Source: Epithemia pelagica | Lineage: Eukaryota; Protista; Bacillariophyta | DNA: 64,000 nucleotides | Assembly (NCBI GenBank): GCA_946965045.2 | Contig: OX337234.1 | Coordinates: 2,480,001 to 2,544,000, forward strand | Direction: 5' to 3' | Part shown: in pieces, positions 31,286 through 43,200 of the stretch | Layout: each line of letters begins with the position of its first letter | Numbering within the stretch: the stretch's first letter is position 1 | The notes under the pieces: model-generated | Seen by the model: only the letters and a program-made list of their open reading frames with translations | What the model was told of the DNA's origin: nothing | The model's database searches: none | Position numbers and translations under genes: made by a program

Positions 31286-32236
31286 ATGGGAAAGCCGCCA
31301 GCACGTGCGACTGCAAAAACAACGGCGTCAAAGTCGAAGAAGCATCAGAGCGATGCACAGCTCCGTCGGCTTGCCAAGTCGATTGAGCTACAGCCCAATC
31401 GAAACTACAAGCAAGACAAGCGCAACCTTCTTCGTCGCATCAGGGCGACGGAGAAGAAGCAGAAGACGCTGCCCAAGCCGAAACCCGTCGGCACGACGAG
31501 GTTGATGAAAAAGCTGGACCAGTTGGTGGGATCTGGAAGTCTCACCGACCGTGCAAAGATGCAACATTTCGTTGCGGAGCACATCAAGGGAGTTGTTAGT
31601 TTGCGTGGTGCCCTCGTGCGAAAGGAACACGGCACGAAGGGCAAGCCCGTGACTACAACAATCAAACAGGTTCAGAAGAACACCACCAAGAACCGAGCTC
31701 CTCGCATCAACGCTAAAAAGAAGGACAACGTAACAATCTTCGGCACCTTCATGGTCGATATGAACGATGATGAGCAGCACTTTGAGGTGACCACCCGGTA
31801 CCTCGACAAGGATCTCATTACGATAAAGAAATCGACGCTGCCAAACGCTGGTCTCGGAGCTTTCGCCGCTCGCAACTACGAGGCGGGCAAAAGCTTGGGG
31901 TACTATTGTGGGAGTGTGATTGAGGGGCTCCAAAAAGAGCCATCTCAATTCGCCATCCTCACCCGATCTAAAACGCCCTTTCACATCGAAGCAACAAAAC
32001 AGGAGCTGTGGATGGGTCTCCACTTCTCCAACGACCCCCACTTCCTCAAGTACAACACCGACGAAGAGGTTGACGCGGACGATAAAAAATACAACATCCA
32101 CATCGATGGGAAGCTCAAGGTGACTGCGATCCACGATATCCCTTGTGGTAAAGAATTGTTTTTATGTTACAATCTACATGGTAAAGATGATGATGATGAT
32201 GAAGACCGTGACGATGAAGATTCAGATAATGAATAA
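31286..32236 (+). CDS. SET-domain protein with a basic N-terminus (transposon cargo)
   Basis: IKKSTLPNAGLGAFAARNYEAGKSLGYYCG (SET motif I), LHFSNDP (NHS-equivalent) and TAIHDIPCGKELFLCY (C-terminal ELxxxY). It has a K/R-rich N-terminus and an acidic tail. Confidence 0.8.
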   Translation: MGKPPARATAKTTASKSKKHQSDAQLRRLAKSIELQPNRNYKQDKRNLLRRIRATEKKQKTLPKPKPVGTTRLMKKLDQLVGSGSLTDRAKMQHFVAEHIKGVVSLRGALVRKEHGTKGKPVTTTIKQVQKNTTKNRAPRINAKKKDNVTIFGTFMVDMNDDEQHFEVTTRYLDKDLITIKKSTLPNAGLGAFAARNYEAGKSLGYYCGSVIEGLQKEPSQFAILTRSKTPFHIEATKQELWMGLHFSNDPHFLKYNTDEEVDADDKKYNIHIDGKLKVTAIHDIPCGKELFLCYNLHGKDDDDDEDRDDEDSDNE

Positions 32237-32270
32237 CTTTCTACGTAGATAAAGATTCTTAGTTGACTAT

Positions 32271-33130
32271 CTAGTAATTGTAGTAATCCTCAGAGAACGG
32301 ACAATCCTGGGTATCTTCAAACCCGTCGTCCACTTGAGAGTCTTGTTGCGCAGAGAGGGGATCCACCGTAGCTTGGTCGCAGAAGAGCTTCTGGCGGTGG
32401 CGGAACAAAAGCTCGGGTGTCGACAGCTGGTTCTCGGCAGGACGGTTCTTCGTCGCCTTGAATGGCGTTCCGCCTGTGTGAAACCTAACCTGGTGTTCGG
32501 ACATGACGCGATTCGCCGCATACTGCTGACCTGGTGTCATTGAGGACACGACCGGTTCAGCCATCACTTCTTCTTGTTCCTCCTTTTCCATCACCCCGAC
32601 GAACTGCACCTTCGAAGGAGTCTTCGGAACTTGAAAATAGGAGCGTAGTTAGTTGTCAATTTATATTGTAGGGCAACAATCGGCTGCAGTGTCCACTTAC
32701 CAAAACTGTTCTTCTTGACATCTGAATCTTCTAGTTCGTCATCAGTGCCAATCTTCTGCAACGTTTCAATTATACCACCAAAGGTGATTTCACCTTCACC
32801 TTTTGTGCGGCAGATTGTGAGCGTTGTCGCTCCATTGCCGTCAGCAAGGGTGAGCTGCCACTGCGTGGCTCCTTGCAGGGCAGCCTTGTAGCGCTCCTGC
32901 TTGTCGGCTCCCTTAACTGGAGCAAGCACGACAAGCTTCTCCTTGCGTTTGCCGACCACAGATCCGGGCGAGCCGTCCTGGCTCTTCTTGTTGCGTTTGG
33001 CACTGGGTTTCTTGCTGGGAGTCTTATTGTTCCTCGTCGGCGGGGTACTCGCCATGGCCGAGACAATGCCGCCCTCTGAGGAGGCAAGCCGATTTGAACG
33101 ACGGAGCTTGGTGTTGGTGTTGGTGCTCAT
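32271..33130 (-). CDS. hypothetical spliced protein (exons 33130-32701, 32629-32271; transposon cargo)
   Basis: A 71-nt intron gtaagt...ctaac...tttcaag joins two ORFs in frame. The N-terminus is basic and NLS-like (KKPSAKRNKK, KRKEK). Confidence 0.65.
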
Positions 33131-33438
33131 CTCTGATTTTGTGAGCGTGGGCACCATGCACCATCCTGAGCCGAGTCCCACAAGCAGAATACACGCAAGC
33201 CCACAATAGCAAAAGTGTGTGCATGCTCGGAATAAGGACCAAAATCCTGCAATCTACTTAGATCACCATGGTGGAGGTGCGCGCAAGTGCTCCGACCAAC
33301 CCGGGGGGCCGCCACATTTCGGAGCCATCCGCAAACGAAACACAAAACCAACGATTCGAATTCAACACGCAACAATCCAACGTCGCTTTCATAATAAACG
33401 ACGCCTAAGGAATAAGGAAGCAGCAACCACGGCTAACA

Positions 33439-33939
33439 ATGGATGGATTAGACTTTTATTTCAACGCGGAGAGAGAAGGCATTGTTGATGGTGGGGGTGC
33501 TGGCGTCAAATTTCGGACGAGTTTCTACGCCAAGAACGTCAACGTGCTCATGGCCCCGATGACCGACAACCTTGGACGTCACGGACGGAATGTTGTGGAT
33601 CGAGGACACATCCTCTTACAGCGTGAAGTAGAGACAGATTATCTCCGGCTTGCCTTTTTCAAACGAGAAGCCCATTCGGAGCATGTTGACCCGCTGCTTG
33701 TGCTTCCGATTGGCTTCATCATGAAGTCTGAGATGCAAGCAGTGGCGTCACCTACGCATGAGAAGAAAGTCAAGGGTCGCATTCGGTTCTATACGCGGTG
33801 CAGCATTGATACGCAGGTCTGCATGGACCCAATGGTGCTGACGGTCTACATGCAACTTGAGGACATGAATGACCTCAATGCTACACTTGGCTCCATGACG
33901 GCCAAATTCGCAAATCAAGATCTCTTCTTTGCAATGTAG
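33439..33939 (+). CDS. hypothetical 166-aa beta-rich protein (transposon cargo)
   Basis: Clean ATG-to-TAG ORF with globular, non-low-complexity composition. No family was recognised. Confidence 0.55.
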   Translation: MDGLDFYFNAEREGIVDGGGAGVKFRTSFYAKNVNVLMAPMTDNLGRHGRNVVDRGHILLQREVETDYLRLAFFKREAHSEHVDPLLVLPIGFIMKSEMQAVASPTHEKKVKGRIRFYTRCSIDTQVCMDPMVLTVYMQLEDMNDLNATLGSMTAKFANQDLFFAM

Positions 33940-35188
33940 TTCACATAAGACCTATTAGAACGATTAGTAACATTAGCTCTTACGTTCACAGCCATGAACG
34001 GCATCGTTTTCCTATGAGCATCCAAATTTGCCGTCCTCATGGTCGAGAAGCAGCGGGGCATAAATGATTACTATGATGGTTTTATGTACAAAATTGTCAG
34101 TACAGTATTTGTACTGTAATACACTAGGCAGGTCCCTCGTGAAACCAGCTTGTAGTTCGTATTATTGTTAGGACGTCTTAAGGGCATGCGCGATAGCCCT
34201 GTGAAGGCGCGTGGCGACACACTTTTTGACGCGATCCGGGATTTACAACACACGAATCCCCAAACGCTCACTTCTGCACAGTTGGAATATTCGTATTATT
34301 TACTCCTAACTTTTTGACGAACTCGTGACGCCTTGTATGATTCATCAAAGACATTACTTGGAGACTCGGCTCAAGTCTGCGAGAAACTCTTCGATGGAAT
34401 GGGATGTCTTTGACCTCTCTGATGTAGAAATTGCCCAACCCTCACAGAATATGAAGGGACTTGGTCCCCGTCAGTTTATACGAATTGCCGAACACATAGA
34501 ACGATCGGTCATGAGTACTCCTAGTCGTCAATAAGAGGCTGTGCCCCATGCTTTGTGAATGAATGCCCCCAAGCCAGTGCATTTCCTCCATTTCATGACC
34601 TGTCTTTCAGTTTGTGGCTTCGTCCTCCGCAATTGCGTGTTTCAACGCCATGCTTTTTCGCAAGTTCCTTCATCTTCGGAACCCTTACCACACGTCGTTG
34701 GTATAACATCCTGTAGTTCAAAGGCGTGTTCTATGTCCATGGCTTTGTTCTCCCGCATCATCATCTCTCATTCTGTAAAGTATATCGCGGTGCGGTATCA
34801 TGGCACTGTTGTTGGATGTAAGCTTGGACCCCCGCAATAGATTTCTCCGTACTTACATCCCGAGCGGTGGTATTTGTTGTTTGTAGATCGCATTTAGTTC
34901 TTCGATCGTATTCCTTGTTTCTTAGTTGAATATGAACGGCTTTCTTTTAGAGACATAGACTTCTGGGGAGTAGAATGCACTGTGTCCGGAACTCTCGAGC
35001 GCTTGTAAGTCGAATGGGTGGTAAAGATCCTTTCAAAAGACCGATCGTGGACGCTTAAGAGTTCCAATGCTGGTCCCGCGAAACTGAGTCCTACTCCTGC
35101 CCCGTATCCGAAAAATCCGCAATGGACACATCACAGAACGATCATTGTCAGAGCAGAACATGCAACAAAGTCGGAGCTTGTCTTAACC

Positions 35189-38100
35189 ATGTGGCGACTG
35201 TTTGGTGGTGGTCAATCACCGTCCAGGAATGGAAGAAAGGAGATGGACACCTTGTCAGAGAATGATTCCATTGTCCATACGAAACGCGTTTCTCAAATTC
35301 TGCGTTACATTTCGACGCTTCAAACGGGGACGGGGGGCGATGGTCAATTCCTCTTTGTGCGCGACGCCTCGCAACATTCGAGGCCCTTTTACTCCAACAA
35401 CTCTAGTGAAATGGAGGATGATAGTTCTGGGCGTGTCTTGTTCACCACCTATGATTTCCAACAGCTGCTGGCGGCCGCCGAAGCGGCTGGAGGAAAGTCT
35501 CGTCCCTTTTCGTTTTACACTACATCACCGGCTTCCACGAAATCTCGCAAACGCACCGCATGGGGAACTGTCAAGACAGAACCGGGAAAAGATTCCAAAT
35601 CTAATTCTGCCTGCTGTTGGTTGCGACTCACGAGAATGGCCTCTACCGAAACCAAAACAATGCCTCATCCAAGTCTCCAGTCGGCCCATGTTCAGTCGTA
35701 CTTGCATCACTGGAGCACGGCGAGAAAGAAACCAGTGGATCAACTCTTGACATTGAGATATATTTCCAGTGAACCAAGCTCGACGAATCCTCAGGTCGTA
35801 AAATTCTTGCGTCGTGTCGAAGAACATTTGCATCAGAAATACTTGCATCGTCGATTGGAACGGATATACAATGGACTGTTTGAATGGTACGATGGCAGTG
35901 GTGGTGTCAACAGCAGCCACGAGTTGGATCTTGTATGGGGAATGGGACAAGCCATTCTCAAGGATGAAGTGAATGGTGTCATTGTAGACGGTCCTTTGCT
36001 GGAGGTAAAGGTGGAGGTAGAGCTCGCCCGCGACGGAGCATTGCTTATTCGACCTCGGCAACATACAGGAGTCACCTGGAATCGATCCGTCATGGCAGCC
36101 CTTGATTCCATGAGAGAATCTGCCATGAGCAAGAAATGGAATCAACTGGTGGATGCCCTCGATCCATTGGTCGATATCAATCCCAGTGAACCCACCACCT
36201 ATGTTCCCCTCTTGAAACAACTGGCCGTCGAATACGCGGCTGGTGGGAATTTTGTGCCCAGTGGGAGTTGCGATCCAACGTCGTTGTGTTCACCAACAGC
36301 CGATGGGAAATTGGTGATTACAGATGCCTGGTGTTTGTATGCTAGTCCCCGTCCCAGTGCCGTCTGGGCACGCGATGCCTTGGCCTTTTGTGAACAACCA
36401 CCTGATATCATTGGCTCATCGACAAAAGTGTCTCATCCGCCGGCCTTGTGGGCGCTGACCCATGGACCGAGTGCCTTGGAAACGGTTTGTCGAATGATGG
36501 CGGAGCAACAACGACTCGCAAGGTCCAATCATGATTCGTCCGCGGAGCCTCGGATTCACTTTCCACTCCCTACATCCGAAGCACAGAATCGAATTGCCCA
36601 ACTGTTGCTTACCAAGAGCTACCCCGCTGTAGTCTGCGAGGGTCCTCCCGGAACGGTAAGTCATGATTGTCGTCTCTACTCAATGTTTGACATACATCTT
36701 GCGACTCAACCCTAGCCAAACTTATTCTTTGTACATACAGGGAAAGACGCATACAATCGCAAACATTGTTTGTGCGTTCCTTTGTCAAGGAAAGCGAGTG
36801 TTGGTCACCTCCAAGGGGGCGTCAGCGTTGTCCGTACTGCGGGAACGCCTTCCGGCATGCGTACAGCAATTGTGCGTGGATGTTTCAATGCGTGAGTCTG
36901 TTGGGATGAGACAACTGCAACAAACTGTGGAACGACTTGCCAACAAGGTATCCTGGATTCATACGGAACGTGAACAACGGCGGAGTGAAGCCCTCCTCCA
37001 AGAAATTGATGCTCTCAAACAGGAACTTGATGAGATTGACGCCCAATTGAGTATGAACGCCAAGCGGAAACATGCTCTCATTCATACAACAGCGGGGCAA
37101 GCTCTGTTCGAGACCAGTCTGGAATTGATTGAATCCGTTCCATGGCTCATGAAAACTGTGGCCCATTGGGACTTGAAACAATTGACAAAATTCTATAACC
37201 AACTGAAAGACCTGGTGTTGGATCCACCCCACGACCCCATTCATCTTGTGGATGGATTCCCCGATATTCCATCGGAAGATTTGATTTCTCTGGCAGCCTC
37301 ACGTGCCGGACTTCCATCGTCCTACGTAAAGAATATGGTCCATGGAGCGATCGCCTCGATACCTTGGTTTGGCACCAAGGTATCCCGCCATCGCTGTGAG
37401 ACGCAAAAAGAGCTGGAACATATTCGAGTCCATGGCTCTTTGCCCCCATCCAGCTCCAATGATTGGAAACTTGTGGTTCGTGCACTACACAAGGAACGGA
37501 CAGCATACACCTTTTGTTCTCAAGTCTTGGACCCAATCATAAACAGGGAAGATTGGCCTCGAGAGTCCTTCTACGACGCAGACGACTCTCCTACCCGACG
37601 ACGTATCAAGTCCGATGTGATTCCCCTTTTAGAGTCCGCGTTGAAATGCAAAAAGTTGGAGTTGGAGCTGAGAAATTGTGAAGAAGTGAAGAATGCACAA
37701 GAATGCATCCACCTTGATTCTCGGCGCACATTGGTGACCTCCAGAATTCAAGACCTCTCGGAAGATTATGTCGCATGCCGAGTCGTTGCGGAGTTGAGTG
37801 GAAATTTCACACCGGAAGCGCAGTCGGCATTGGTGAAATTTGCCCAAGTGTCGGGGAAATCAAGGTTTGGGAAATCTTCGTCGTCGCAACCTAACAAGAT
37901 GACGCAGCGCCAGCGAAGAAAACGACAGGAATACCTTGATGCATTTGAAAAGTGCGTTCGGTACATTCCCTGCTGGATCTTAACGAGCTCTCAAATAAGT
38001 GACTATCTCCCTACGGAATGCCTCTTTGACCTTGTTGTGATCGACGAGGCTTCGCAGAGCGACATTTCTGTATTACCGGGAATGCTTCGAGGGAAGCAGT

Positions 38101-40126
38101 GGCTCATTGTGGGTGATGGAAAGCAAGTTAGCCCGACAGAGAGTTTTGTCGCCGAAGAACAGATTGAAATGCTGAAATCAGCACTCCCCGATTCCCCCTT
38201 TGAGAGCTCAATGCTTCCAGGTCATTCCTTCTTTGACCTCTGTGCTCAAGCGTATCCAAAAGGACGGGTAAGTTTTCCTTATTTCCGTACACTATCATTA
38301 AAACGGCTTTTGCTAACTCTTGCTTCTCCTCTTTTTGAAAGGTGATTCTTCGGGAGCACTTTCGCTGCGCACCCGAAATCATTGAGTATAGTAATACAGA
38401 ATTCTATGATCGCAACCTTGTTCCGTTAAGACTTCCCACAAGCGAAGAGAGGCTGAACCCTTCCCTCTTGGATGTCTATTTGGAGAAAGGAAAGAAGACA
38501 GGCAAAGTGAACCCCGAGGAATGTGATGAAATTGTTCGGATGATTCAAGAATACGTAGAATCGTGCGTTCTCGTTAAGAAACGAACGATTGGTGTGATTT
38601 CTTTGGTAGGGGACGAGCAAAGTCGTCTCATTCGAGGTCGGCTGTTAGACCGGATTGGGCCTCATAAATTCAAGCTTCATGATATATTGGTGGGTGAACC
38701 GCCATCCTTTCAGGGTGCGGAGCGGGATATTGTCTTCCTTTCTCTCGTTTGTTCTCCTGGAAGTGTTGTAACACAAAATCAATTGATGCATGCTCAACGC
38801 ATCAACGTTGCACTGTCTCGTGCCCGTGACCGCATGGTGTTAGTTCGGAGTATTCAATCACATCACATTCCTAATGAACAAGATATCAAGTTCTCCGTAT
38901 TGGATTTCTTTGAACGTTCCCGACTGGAAGAAGGGACAAAAGGTGATGAGGGAGATAATACAGGACCCGGAGATAATGACTTTGGAACGAGATCAAGCCT
39001 ATCTTTATTTCGATCTCGCTCGGAGCGACTTTTGAGAAAGTTTCTGAATGCTCATGGCTACTACACACGTAGCATGGGTGTGGTTTGGGAGGATGCGATT
39101 TGTGTAGAGGACGTAAAAAATAATGCGTCGAGAGGTGCCATATGTATTGAAGCTACGGGGGAAACCCATGAAGAATGGACAGGGCTCTACGAACAGCAGA
39201 AAAGTATCGAACGTGTGGGTTGGAAATGCCTTCGAGTGGATGGAAGCGCCTTTCTTTCGAATCATGCAAGGGTTCTGGCGGATGTCCAGCGGTTTCTATT
39301 GAGTGTTGGGGTGAAGCCAATGAAGGCCCCGCTGGCAGCAGAGAACCCCATTAGTCAGGAAAACATGGATATTGTTGTGGCTGAGGAGGGACCATCTCAT
39401 GATGATGCCGCACTCAACGAGGATGATGCTGTTCCTGAAGAAGTGGATCAAGAAGAAGCGGAAGCTATCGTTGTAGTCAGCAGTGACGACGAGGGTGATA
39501 AAAAGAGAAAGGCCGAAGAATCTTACCCATTGGATGAGGAAGCCGCAAGTTTATCCGCAGGTCTTGGAAATGGCGAAAAAGCGTCGGACTATGGCAACAT
39601 CGCTGGTCTTGCCTTCTTACATAGAGCGGCTCCCTCGATTCCATCCGCGACTTCTTTGACAGCTTCTAGCGTGGCTCGATCTGGTGGTATCCTAACCTTG
39701 TACGATGACTATGACCTTGATGAAGGACGTGGAGAAAGTGGAATCTCAAGACAGAAATCGAGAGACAGCAAGGACAGTGACCCAAAGCCAAGGGACTTGG
39801 AGGGATCGGACGATGACGAAACGAGCTTTGATGGTGGGACTACCGGGGATCCTGGGGAAAATCCTACCCGAAGAAGTACAAGAAGAAAACGACTTCGTCA
39901 AGACAAGTACTCACGTGACGCCCGCTGGCATCCCTCTCACGGAAGTCGCGAAAGGGATGTGCCCTACGAGGAGTACATCGACGAGGTGATCCCAGAACAA
40001 GACGCCAATGAGGAGGCGGTGATGAAGAACAACGAGCAAGAACCCGTAGAAGATGATGATGTGCATGATGACGGTAGTGACTCCTACGTGGATGAACAAG
40101 CTCCCACGAAGGAAAAGGAAAGATGA
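35189..40126 (+). CDS. SF1 (DNA2/NAM7/Upf1-like) helicase with a C-terminal Vsr/MTES-like REase-fold domain (exons 35189-36655, 36741-38267, 38342-40126)
   Basis: Walker A GPPGT|GKT is split by an intron. Other motifs: KRVLVTS, DLVVIDEASQ, GDGKQV, LREHFRC, FQGAERD and RINVALSRAR. After the helicase comes EQQKSIERVGWKCLRV. Confidence 0.85.
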
Positions 40127-40262
40127 ATTATTGTTTTTGTTGTTGAAGAATGCATGTATCAGGAATCAATATCTTCCGCAACTGATCTGAAGAATTTACT
40201 CGAGCGTAGCGGACGTTAATATCTTACGTTCTATCAAAATCAATTCGAGATTAAGCTATGCC

Positions 40263-43200
40263 TCACCAAGCGTACTGTTCTTGCACCGACGAGCCATCCA
40301 GCCTCTCAAGACGAGATTGCAACTGGCGCACTTTGGCCATGGCCTTCCACTCGGAGTAGAGGAGAATTGACTGTTCGAGGCGATACTTCCCTTCGGATGT
40401 AGACCCTTCATCCAGATATGACTCTGCGAGGCGTTCGTTGGCAAGTGCTTGGTCGTGGACAAAACCCAGACGTCCAGCTGTCGTTACGGCGTTCTTGTAC
40501 AATTCGAAAGCCGCAGATCGTCTTCCGCTTAGCCAGGCTTTCTCTGCGTTCAAAAGGATTATGTAAAACACACAGTTCGGGTTACGCTCTGCCCATTGTT
40601 TTACCTTTCGCCTGAATTTACGCGCATGCTTATGGTGAAATCGACTTCCAGTTTTTCGTGCATGAGCGAAGCAGCAAAGAGACCCTGTAAAGGCAAGCAC
40701 AGGAGTGCAAACCTGACTAACAAGAGATTTGAACATCATATCGCTGTGTTCAATCATCATCTGAGCTCCGTTTTCGAATTCACCAAAGAAACAAGCGAGG
40801 AAAATACGATTCTTCAAGAGAAGTGATATCATCAGTTGATCATTTTCTTCATTGTAGAGAGCCATTCTCTTATCTTCGTCCATGACAGTCCCTGAGAGAA
40901 CAAGCGTATTAGAGGACTTTCCTCGTAAATTATGAATGGCCTGCAAGTCCGGCTCTGCGAATCGAAATATCTTTTGCTGTTTGAAATCCTCCATTTGGTT
41001 CATATAGTTCCCGAGATCCATGTCGATCGAGTCTAAGTCCCGACCTGTATAGAAAGCAGCCTCAAGATAATAATAGATGCTTGACAACGCAGTTTCACAA
41101 TCCCCTGCCCTCATTCCTTTCTCGTATACGTCAATCCAGGAATGCATCATACCCTGCAACGGTTCTGTCCAATGGACAACTACAGCATATATCATGAAAC
41201 GGGTTCTAGGCTCCACATCCGTGAACTTATACTTCTCGAGTAACGCAAAAGCGTGGCGGACATACACTTTTCCGCCATCAATTTCACCCAAGAAATGAGT
41301 AAGAACGAAGCCCAAGAAGCCAAAGGCGTAGGGTGTCAATGGAGTCACGCCTTTCTTAAGGGTCCTCCTGATCATTTCGATACAAAGTAATGGAATAACC
41401 TCGGGCTTTTTGGTGTGACATGGATAAACTAACGCTTCAAGCATTTTCATGGTTCCCTCGTGAACGGGATCGGTGGCAAGCGGGAGATTGTTAATATAGG
41501 CGGGTGTGAGAATCTTGACAAACCGCTTCGCCGCCATCAGACCCGTGACTGTCTTGAGAAGAATGACGGAATCTCGTTTAGGCAAATGACATCCGAGTTC
41601 AGATAGAATCTCTCTACCCAGGGATAATGCTGAATGGGACTGCTCTTCAACCCAATAAATGTTAAGCAGCACAAAACACATTCGAAGCTTTTGTACTGGT
41701 GCGATACCGAGCTGCAATATTCGACTTGCATAGAGCTTAGCTTGTTCAAATCCTCCATGACCATATTCCGCCTCAGCTGCAGAAGAGTACAAGTCCAAAC
41801 AAAACTTTTCGTCCTCGTTCCACGTGTGAGAGGAAATCAATTCAATTGCCGCCTTAAAGTAAGATGAAGAGGACTGAAAAGCTGATATAAGCATTGCTTT
41901 GCGACCTGCTTGATAGTGCAGTCGAGCAAGACTCAATCGCTTAGCATTGCTACGAACCAATGAAATCTTGGAGCTAAAGAAGCCGACAATTTCGAAAATG
42001 AATTCATTCAGTTCTTCTTTTGTCAAGGAATACCAGAGGATTTCTGCGACACGGAACTTGATGAGCCCTTCATCTGGAATCAGGTTCAGGACGGCCTCTT
42101 TGAACTTGTCGTGACAGAATGAAAAGGCATTGACTCCGTTTTCAAAAATGAAGCCCTCCTCTGTGCACTCTTGGAGACCGCCCTCCAAATCGAAATCACC
42201 GTCTAGCAGCGATCCCGCAAGGAACTGGGAAGAGGCCTCCAAGTCAGAGGAATATTCCGAAGAGAGTAAGGTGAGCTTATCAACTGACGCTTGAGCTATG
42301 ATACGCAAAGTTTTCACGGAAAAGGTATTTCCAAAGCATGCAGCAAGCGGGAGGATTCGTAAGGCTGATGGGACTTCTTTTATGCGTGTGGTCATGGCGT
42401 TGACAACGTTGTCTGTCGCCATCGAGTTCACCTTGATGTCTTCAATATCAAAGGTCCACAGTCCCAAACCAACATTGAAGTTTAGCATTCCTGACCTTGT
42501 CAGGGAAAGCAAATATTGTTGAATTGCGAGTGGGCTTCCGCCAGTCTTCATTAACACAATTCCTGCCAATGCCCTGGCCTTTTCCTCTTCGAGAATTAGC
42601 AAATCCGTCAACCATGCTTCAATGCCTGTTGCGTTTACATTCTCCAGCACGAATTCCACAACTTGAATGGATCGAGCCGCTTGCAGCGCTTTGGTGTCAT
42701 CCACGAGTTTGCGCAAAAGAACTCGAATTTCGGGTTTCACGTTGGCACGAAAGCATCCGGTTACAATGAGCGACTTTGTGTCCATATGAATCCACGATTT
42801 GAGAAGAGCGAGAGATTCCATATCGCACCACTGCAAATCATCACAAACAAGAACAACTGGAACGATCTGCGTAATGGCTTGAATCAATTTGCGCAGAGCA
42901 TAGTTAAGCTGATCCGAACTTTCCTTATAGTTGGGGTCATCGTTATCTCCCAAATAGGTCGAGACTAAGGTCTCCTCACTTCCAATCAAGCTTTGTAGAT
43001 TGGGAATGAATCGTATCAGAATATGCATCTCAGCCTTGAGTTTGGAGAGTTCTGCCTGGATGGTGTCGTACAAATGCTGTTTGGAATCTTCGGTTTTGCA
43101 AGACTGGCATATCGAGCTTGTTGTCTCCATGACTCGCGACGAGTTGAATTCTTTCAAGGAGAGTATTTGATCAATCAAGTGAACCATACAGCCCTGAATA

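Larger units (their letters stand above)
25226..34123 (+). mobile_element. 8.9-kb IS630/Tc1-mariner-like DNA transposon carrying cargo genes
   Basis: Left end GTCTATTAAAGTACAAAAATTGT versus reverse complement of the right end GTGTATTACAGTACAAATACTGT: 19 of 23 identical. TA lies on both sides (25224-5, 34124-5) and the reconstructed empty site is CCTAGG. An internal DDE transposase is present. Confidence 0.8.
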
